Of a stretch of DNA of 64,000 nucleotides, positions 55,310 to 64,000 are shown piece after piece. The stretch spans positions 248,001-312,000 of the forward strand of contig NW_026861328.1 in assembly GCF_026571515.1 (NCBI RefSeq), read 5' to 3'. The DNA is from Ruditapes philippinarum. Its lineage: Eukaryota. Position 1 is the stretch's first letter, and each line of letters begins with the position of its first letter. Under the pieces are notes generated by a model, which did not search any database, was not told the origin of the DNA, and saw nothing but the letters and a program-made list of their open reading frames with translations. A program made the position numbers and the translations under genes.

Positions 55310-56884
55310 GGAATATGAACCGCAACATATGGCATTTATTATTTATCCGAGCCTGCAATATTTTCAATTTTTCCTTTTTTTTTGGCGTTTTTAGGGATTC
55401 TTATTTCTCTCTATTTTATTAAACTGTTCACTAATCAATTTGCGTTAATTTCTTTAATACATATGTTATATTTAATCATGCAAAGATATTAACAAGTACG
55501 TACTTAGGGAAAATAGACAACTTGTTTGTGTCGTGGTATTGATCGATTAAGAATACAAATGAGGAACAATGGCGTGTAAAGCATTTTCTGCAGCGTTAAA
55601 TGTTAAACATCTTTTTCATTGCATTTTTTATTGCAAAAACCTCTCTGCTTTGAAGTATTATGATTAAGTGAATTTTCTTTTTCTTCTCTATTGTGTATGA
55701 TTATGTAAGATCTTTTCTAAAAAAATAGTCGAAATTGCATACAAATGCAATACTTTGTTGTCATTTAATGTTGAAATTTTAACTGCTCATTTAATTTATT
55801 TCCGTTTTGTTTGGTGCCTTGTTGGTTTTCCGAGCTGATGGTTCTATGTGTAGATTGAATGCCGCTTTTCCTTGTTGATATTTATGCTCATATTTTATGA
55901 CAAGGGTTATGGTAGTATGGCCAAAAGTAGACAACTACACCTACTGAGCATAAATATAGAATTGCTGATTTTAGAAAATTAATTCGAATCGTCCTTGAAA
56001 GATATTACATGCATACGGTGATATAAATATAGTTTGATACTGAACACGGAAAGCAATAATTCAATAAGTAAGATTGCAAAGAAGATTGTCTGCTTGTCAA
56101 GCTATTTTCATTTGGTTATCAGCAAGGCCATCTGTTTTGTCTGATTAAAACTGGTTTAATAAGTATTGCTACGTGCCAGTAATGTACTCATACTCGTTCA
56201 AAGAACCTTTAAATCATGTGTTTGTGTCTTTATTTAAACAGCGTGAAATGTTTTAAAAATATATTTTTCTAATTAGTATTGATAAAAATAAGCAACCGGC
56301 GATGTTAAATTATATTCATAGCAATAATAAAATACATTCGACAAAAAATTTGATCCTAAATGCAAAAATATGCTAAAAAATGTCAGATTTGGTCAAGAAT
56401 GTAGTGCCTATACGCAATATAAATAAAGTATTGGATCCTATAATTGTTCTAAATTGATTCAAAATGCAGTAACTATAATGTGTAGACTTACATATGCTTT
56501 ATACATTAAATGTATAGTCTGGACTTTTTCATTAATCATTTAAATACAGACATGATATAAATGTTGGTTTTCTATATACTAGATACCAAATGCATCGTTT
56601 TGGCTGTGCAACTTACAACTTTGCAAAAATGGATATAACTGTAAACAATTCTTTTCAATTGTGCTCATTTACCGCTTATTACGTTCTTTTTTGTTTTGCA
56701 ACAGTTGCTATGTGTTTGGAATACAACAGAGGGCATTTACCTGTGGACCAAACAAATAATGTTGATAATAAAGTAATTTTTATCGCTTGCCGATTAATGT
56801 GATCTCTTTGTAAATTGTTACAGTATCATGTTTTATTATAAAGCCATGTCAATGGATAATGAATGTTGCATGTAGGAATGTATT

Positions 56885-57030
56885 AATGTTGAAATCTGTT
56901 GAAGCCGGTGCTAGAGGACATAAACAATACGTTGCACTTCACTTTGCCCTATCTACTACCGCAATGGAATGGGCATAATCAAACCAAGTCTGCAACTTTT
57001 TTCAATTGAGTTGTTTAAGACGTTTTATAA
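56885..57030 (+). mobile_element. Subfamily W, older relative of X/Z (paralogue 36045-36200; partial copies ~20330, ~27735)
   Basis: Keeps gccggtgctag, ttgcactt and aatcaaacc in the same order with different spacers. Confidence 0.5.
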
Positions 57031-59566
57031 TATTTCATAATTTTCGACTGATGTATCATCTTCGTTGTTTAACATTAAGTCTATAACCAAACACAATAAT
57101 AAAAAATGCATCAGTATTATTAAGCATATAGTAGGTTTAATTTTATTTTGCATTTTATGTTATCATACACTATAGTTTGAAGTTCTCTTCCTTACACAGG
57201 ATTTCGTTTTAAGCTTCTAATGTGACCTAGCACTACATAGCATGTCATTATTCAATAAAAAGCAATATCTAATAAAGATTTAGGGTGTCTTTATATCATT
57301 TTATGCCAGTCTCTTATTCGCTTTACGACTGTACTAATATTGAGAATAATTAGTCATTTGTTAGGTTACGAACAGATAAATTAGCTTAGAGAAACATGTC
57401 CTCTGTAGTATTGTCTGACTTAATTATAGGACTTATGTTCATTAGAGAACAAAGTTGAATAGGTACAATGAAGTATTTAAAGGCACATCTAAGATGACGT
57501 CGAAGGCTAAAATCCTTATCTGCAAAGAAAATTATTTCGTGCCTCTTTCTACTATAAGAATTAAAATAACTTGCATTGTGTATTACAAATGGTCAGGTAA
57601 TAATTCCATTATTTTTTCTCTAACTAAACCAATTTATGAATCGGTAGTTATATCCTTTAAATACACTCGGTTTGACTATAATACATCTTTATTTCAAATA
57701 AACCAGCAAACTATTAGTATTGAGGTGAAAAGGAACCTTACTATTGTAAAATTTGGTTAATTACTTTTGTTTGATTCTGCAATATATGTACATTAAAGCC
57801 GCGCGCATCCAGATTTGCGCTAATTTTCATGAAATTTTGAAAATTTATTTAAAAGTGAAATATAATGAAGTGAACAACATTGCAGACGGCATTAACAATC
57901 CACGTAAATTACCAAAAAGAGTTTAAAACATGCAAAAAGCCATAACTTTGTTAGTGACGCAGTAGAAATATAGTTGAAATATTAACAATGGCAATATTTT
58001 AATTGTTAATTAAGTATTTTGTACACTAATCTAGTTCTAGAGGTGCGTAGACAATTTCTCTCACCATCTCAACTGGAAATCTCTTCTTCTTTGCTGGCCT
58101 ATATAATGCGAATATACACTTCAAGAAAAATGCTCTGTCTGACAGCTCTGCTTGATAACAAAAATATTCATCCCAATGATAAATTCCTGACCATCAGAGA
58201 GACAGAATCAAGGTACAAATTCGTCTTTCAGGGGATGACTTAACAGACATGTTATTTATAGACAATGTGGAAATTTGGTTAAGCTTTGCAAATGTGAAAT
58301 CACACGAAATTCGCAAGCGTGACATAACATTTTCCTTTCAGATCGTATTGTTCTTAAAGTTTAACATAATCTAGGTTAAACTCTGACATTGAAAATGTTT
58401 CCGTATCAAGTACCCTAGTTACTCGATTTTAAAATTCCATTAATCTTGGACTATAGTGGAGCTCACTGATACTGTAATGTAATATTACATATGGATTATC
58501 TTATTATATGTTTCACTAGTATTTAAAGACATTATAATCTTATAAACTCATATGGTTATATATTATAAGAATAATATTTTAATTAATTTATATACGTCAC
58601 TAGTCCTACATGTACATGTATATCACGTCAATATTCCACGTGTCAGTTAAAGTTTGCTAATGTTATTTCAATATATCAAATGGCTCTCTATTTCTTGACT
58701 TAACCTAGTTTGACAGTACTTAAATTAAAGAACTGTCGAGTTATGTACAAGCTGTATTTCGAGAAATCTAGAACTGTGAATAAGATACTTTTTTGAGTTA
58801 TTTATAATGACACACCGTCTGTTTTTGTCCGTGTGCCCTGTCCTGTTTAGTGTCCTGCTGGGCTCCATGTTTGTGGTCTTGTGTCGGGGGTGGGGTTCAA
58901 TGAATTCCGCCTCACCTTATTGATCTTCCTTTTTATATTCTAATTTAAGTTTGGTATTTACTTTGTTCAAGCGAATATTTAAATGACAAACAAAATATTG
59001 GTGCAATATATTGTTTGATATGTCTTTAGACAGTGAGCATTTGGGAAACGACAATTGAATGTTTCCTACTGGTAATTCAAAACAATCCTAGTATTTGTTT
59101 TTATTCACTTGTGACAGACTTTGAGTAATTACATTTATCTAGAGACTATTTAAGTAATGGTTCTTACGGTGGGCGTAGTAACTAGCTAAATCTCCGGTGT
59201 TTGATGATCGAGAACAAGGAAAATGTGGAATAAATTTAGTATGATGTTAGTTTTGGTAAAAGTGTTCACGGTATGAAAATAGATGTTGATAAGATAAAAT
59301 TCCTTTAAGGGTCAAGGAACAAGAACAGTTTTTTTTCTATAGATTTACTTATAATTCCTTATGTGTTTCTATATTTATTAGAAACAAACAACTTTACAAT
59401 GATATAACAATATTATTAGTAGAGACGTTTTTCCTACTTTATTTATCTAAATATTTTTTTCAAACTCTTTGTCTTCAAAAATCATGAACATAAATCATAA
59501 AGATGTCAAAAGAATGAATAAGTTTTAAATGAAAAAGGAAAAAAATGAAATTAGAAACACAAGAAA

Positions 59567-60175
59567 AATGTGTTCATATGGCGGTTATCAAAGAACCTTC
59601 AATGTATCACGTAAGTGCATTCTATGAAAATCGACGTAAAAAATGCATGTACCCGGCGGAGGCGTTTCCTTAATGACTGAGGCATAAGAATGCAGCCACT
59701 TTGTCTATGCATCTTTTTGCTCCAGCAAGAGAGGTAGCTTTGACCACTGGTGTTACCTTTAAGTTTGTAACCCACGAGGTTAGCCAAAATCATCTTTTCT
59801 GTTCCGGCGCCATATGTAGTGCGCCGTAAAAACCAAATAAAAAATCTAAAAGCATGTGCCCTAAACCAGAAACTGTATAAAATAGAATTCTGAAAGAGGA
59901 TCATAGGTTCTTAAGTCTTAATATCACTAAAAAGCTGTCAAAAACAAATAAAAAAGGAAGGCAACATATCCGAAGAGTGATAATACAGTTTTCAAGTAAG
60001 CAAAACTGGAACCACCTTAGTAGAAAATAGATAACAAAGCGAAATATAATTGAAAGTGCCACTAGTACAACAATAATGTTTTGAACAATCGTCAAATATC
60101 GGAAATATAACATCTCTTATTAGGTGTTTTGGTGAATAGTTGTGTAACGGAAAAAGGAATCCATAAAGAAATGTG
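59567..60175 (-). mobile_element. Diverged family X copy interrupted by a + strand SINE-like fragment (~59651-59846)
   Basis: atgtgttcatatggcggttatc and actggaaccacc match X in reverse. The insert ends gcgccgtaaaaaccaaataaaaaa. Confidence 0.55.
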
Positions 60176-60837
60176 AAAACCTAATTACCTTTTAGGATTG
60201 AAACAATTTTACATTTAGTCCTTTATTTACACTTGTACATGTGGATCATGTTGATAAACTATTTATGCATTAAGAAACAATATACATGCAATGGGAATAT
60301 ATATTTGGTTTAATATTATGACAATGTTTTTCATTGGAATAAATGATCAAATCTTTGTTTTTAATAATTTACTCGTATACTGAACTTTATTCGGACTCGT
60401 ATTTTAGAGAGACTTGGCAGTACATATTTTCATCATAAGAGCGATGATTTTACTATTTTCTTTTCCCCCATTGCTTCTATTTGTTTTGCATATTTTACTT
60501 TACTCGTACTGATACATTTATACGAGTAATACGTTAGAATTAAATACGAAAATATTTGACTTGCTGTTGCAAAAAAAGTCTATTGATATATTCCTATATA
60601 TTTTCAAGACCGAGAAAATGTCATTCAATATTTGAACGTCTCAATTTTGCCAGACAAAAACATCAGTGCATTAGGTCAAACAAATAAAACGCAGTCAGGC
60701 GAATTTATATAAAAACATAGAGCATTTAACAAACCTTTCCTTCTCTTGATTTTTATAAAATAAGTTTTCATTGATTTATTCTTAATGATTAATAACTTTA
60801 TTTACTATAAAAGATAATGGCGCACAATATGTAGCGT

Positions 60838-61440
60838 CTCTCCGCCTTGCTCAATAGGGAAAGCAACAGCTTAATCATCCAGTGGTTGCTGGTCTGATCC
60901 TCGGGCCAAACGAAATGTTCACGTGACATTTTATTTCAAACATTAAAGACCTATTATGTCCCATAAAAGCTATATATTTTTAGTGCCCTGTAAAAGTTAC
61001 CAAATATTACTTCTTTTACATTTAGCTGAACCGTCCTTAGTACCTTTTGATTGTAGTAACGTTATTTTGTTAAAGTATTTTGTATAGAAGTCAAAACTTT
61101 GTAAACATTTTGCTTCTTTTATGACAAACAATTTCACATTCAGTGTTACTTTTTTCAGGTGTTTAGTATTTAACATGTTTTGAAACCATTATTTTAATTC
61201 TATAACACACATGTTTACCCTTCCCTAGAAAGATAAAAAAACAACAACATTTCTGAGGCATAATGTGCCTTTAAGTCTTATGTTCATTTGCTGCTCAACG
61301 CTGATTGGATAAGTAGTCGGTCACAAGCGGAGATATATCTACTGACTAGTTATCCTAGAAAACCGGATAGGTGTATAGACCACCGATATAAGGCATGTGT
61401 TGAAACCGGCGTAAAACCAGAAAACCAGAAAACCAAATTA
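60838..61440 (+). mobile_element. tRNA-derived SINE split by the TTAA MITE (paralogue ~39253-39830)
   Basis: Head with decayed A/B boxes (tgctcaataggg...ggtctgatcc) at ~60838-60942. Tail at 61275-61440 ends gttgaaaccggcgtaaaaccagaaaacc. Confidence 0.6.
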
Positions 61441-61731
61441 AAGTAAGCACTATATGGACGCCTCATAATATTTAAGATAGTCTTATAGTCGCTTCGCATT
61501 TGATTCAAAGGTTATTGACAACTATAGTTCCAATTAATAGCCTGGTACAATCTTTCCTGTTTGAATTGTTTAACGTTATTATAAGCCTTGAATTCATTTG
61601 GAAACAAGGGGTTAATACGTACAGAGTGGTGATTTAGGGCATAATCTAGCTTGTTTTGAAAGCAAATCCTTACTCCAAATTGACAATAAATAAGTGTTTG
61701 TCTCTAGTGACAGTTAGAGCAGACAAACTTA

Positions 61732-62299
61732 CGTACATTCAATCAGGGATGTTATATTCCCGATTCTTAAAGATCGTTCAGCACGACATTATTGTTGTGC
61801 TTGTGGTTTTTTCGTTCTTTCTATTTGGCATCTTTCTTGTTGGGTGGTTCCAGTATTCCTCACTTGAATGCTGTTGAATCACCCTGAGGATATATGGCCT
61901 GCTTTTTAAATTTGTCCTTTTGACGTCGTATCTGTGATAATTATGCAGGCTTCATATCCTCTGATCCCCTTTCAAAATTCCATTTGATTTAGTTCCGCCC
62001 ATTGTTTTCTCGTTTAGGGCACACGCATTCTTTTGCTTGAGGACCATATGCCGCTTTTCATGGAATGACACTAACGTGTCACATTGAAGGTTCCATGATA
62101 ACCGCCATATGAACACATCTGCGAATGTTTCAAAATTCTAAATTTTACCAGTTCATGTTAAATGTTGAATTCTGCTTAAGCCGATGCTAGGGGGCGTGGA
62201 CGGTACCGTCCATGAACAGGCTCAATCAAACCGAGCTTGCAACATTTTCAATTGTGCCGTGTTGGGCTTTCTTTAGGGATTCTTATTTCTCTCCATTTT
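61732..62299 (+). mobile_element. Family X, slightly 5'-truncated monomer
   Basis: Aligns with 11412-11995. The empty site cttaagcg is in A near 40108, with a possible TTA duplication. Confidence 0.72.
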
Positions 62300-62820
62300 A
62301 AGCGTGCAACAAAAGATCACAGCATAATTCACTCATTCTGTCATCAGACCCATTTAAGTTTTGTGTATAATAATAGCACACAATAGCTGTCGGCAACTGT
62401 ACATTTGATATCAAAAACATTTGTTTCTATTTGATGATGAGAATGTTAAGATGAAAATCACAAGGATTTCAAGGATAATTCTTAGCAATTATACTATATA
62501 ATTTCACATGAATTATGTACATTTTAAAAGTCACGCTTGCTTATTGTGAAAATGCATGTAGAAAATGTATGTGTTGAGGTGAGCGTCCCTATTGTTACTT
62601 AAAATATAAACATTTATTTATTTTTAATTTCGAACTAAATTATTTAAGAATTTATGCTTAAATGCTCTAACTATTTCAAAACAACCGCTTTTGTTAAAAG
62701 TCTTTTAATTGAATGAACAGCTCTCTTTTCTGTAAACATCATACAAAATTTCATTTAATTATTAATTGTTGAGTGTTGCACATATCATTTCGCTAATAGC
62801 GTTAATCTTTAATGTATTTT

Positions 62821-64000
62821 TTTTCTTTGATGATTGAGATTCATATATCAATGGCTGTTATAGATTTCAACTTGATATCAGATATACTCAACATTGTAAT
62901 ATAACAACCTTATTTATATTTCTAGAAAAATAGTTTACATACTAGAGTTGTCATCGCGTTAAATTATGAAGTGATATTAAGACTATTTAACTATTTAGAT
63001 AAGGAATCACATCAAACAGTTTGCAATTTTCATATAATACTGCTGATTCAATTTGTTTCGAAGGGTCAGCCCTTTTCCAGATGTTTTACCTTACAAAAAA
63101 CCAAGAGTATATTTTGTTTACAAACTTTCGACCGTAAAGAAAATATTTTATCGTAACATAACTCTCCGGTATTTACCAAGCGTGAATAAATAGTACCTGT
63201 AGTACTTAATTATTTAACCAACGACTTACAATATAACATTATTTCGCATTTCTGCTTGTTATTGGTACATACTTTGTATCCAGTTCTGTCTGAAGTGATA
63301 AGTTTACAAAAAGTGTGTTCCAGTGAAATCAGTGTCTCTATGCTTTTTAAACACCACCATTTCAAAGGCCATGTCTGACGATGATGTTCACCATAAAAAT
63401 CAAATTTAAACAGAAAACAATTGTATAATGCAGCCAAATACTATATAACGATACTGATTACTTGCCCAGATTGTATACAATAATTCATATTAGTGCGTAG
63501 CTAGGTTAATTGAACGAGATCAAAGAATTGTCTAAATCAAATTTCCCATCTAAATGTATTAGGCATGTTTTACTGTTAAACTTCTCAATTTAATGTAGTT
63601 AATTCGACAGTTACGTCTATATCAAATGAGGACTTATCTTATAAACTTATAACATGAAACAATTAAATTTTAATTAGTAGAAAATATGTTTCAGGATTTA
63701 AAAGTGTTGATCAATATGCTTGGGTAGGGTTAAAAAATATTTTGCAAAATTTTAAGTCTCTTAGTACGAACACTTAAAGCCAGTTTATCATATCCGCATG
63801 TCAAAATATTATATATATAATATATGTATTTATGTAATAAATGAATACTGCTTAATATGTTATTATGATTAGTGATTATTTTAAGTTGGAAACGCTAATT
63901 TGCAACAGCATTAAATGCTTTAAAAATGCAAGAATATACCTGTTTAAAGTATGTTTTGGATATTTCTGGAAACTGTTCAATGTACAAAAGTCTTAAATTT
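62821..64000. repeat. Start of third tandem unit C (runs off window)
   Basis: 62821-63010 matches 1-190 and 63010-63805 matches ~1222-2015. About 1 kb is deleted between two ctcat-like microhomologies present in A. Confidence 0.88.

Larger units (their letters stand above)
40745..62820. repeat. Large tandem segmental duplication, unit B (~22.1 kb)
   Basis: Colinear diverged copy of unit A. It lacks A's mariner, two HINEs and the X/Z insertions, and carries only one copy of the ~7 kb sub-unit. Confidence 0.93.

Noticed and set aside
58019-58243. Protein-like ORF (ALLDNKNIHPNDKFLTIRETESR)
   Set aside because: Frameshifted in the paralogue at ~37160-37380, substitutions are not biased to synonymous sites, and no family was recognised.
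60838-60910. tRNA gene
   Set aside because: Only decayed A/B boxes and no cloverleaf. It continues into a SINE body.

Overview
AT-rich eukaryotic DNA, most likely a bivalve mollusc. This is an inference from the tRNA-derived SINEs ending GGCGTAAAACC(AAAC)n and the AAGGTCAAGGTCA-rich HINE elements. I can support no intact protein-coding gene, rRNA, tRNA or CRISPR array. The listed ORFs are short and not conserved between paralogous copies, and the only recognisable protein remnants are a deleted mariner transposase and a decayed Sola-like transposase. The window is a nested head-to-tail segmental duplication. Large units are A (1-40744), B (40745-62820) and the start of C (62821-64000). Inside A, a ~7 kb sub-unit occurs three times, the middle copy being a crossover chimera, and an older ~250 bp module recurs 10 times in one orientation across A and B. 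Comparing units gives empty sites for many insertions (mariner, HINEs, MITEs, Crypton-like elements). The most interesting signal is a very abundant non-coding mobile family, with subfamilies here called X (638 bp monomer), Z (284 bp monomer) and a diverged W. It has a fixed T-rich 3' end, variable 5' truncation and partial-tandem (pseudo-LTR) copies like Penelope-like elements or retrozymes, but no hammerhead core. Instead it carries an ~80 nt multi-hairpin motif whose stems covary between subfamilies, a candidate undescribed RNA structure or ribozyme. All alignments and folds were done by eye.
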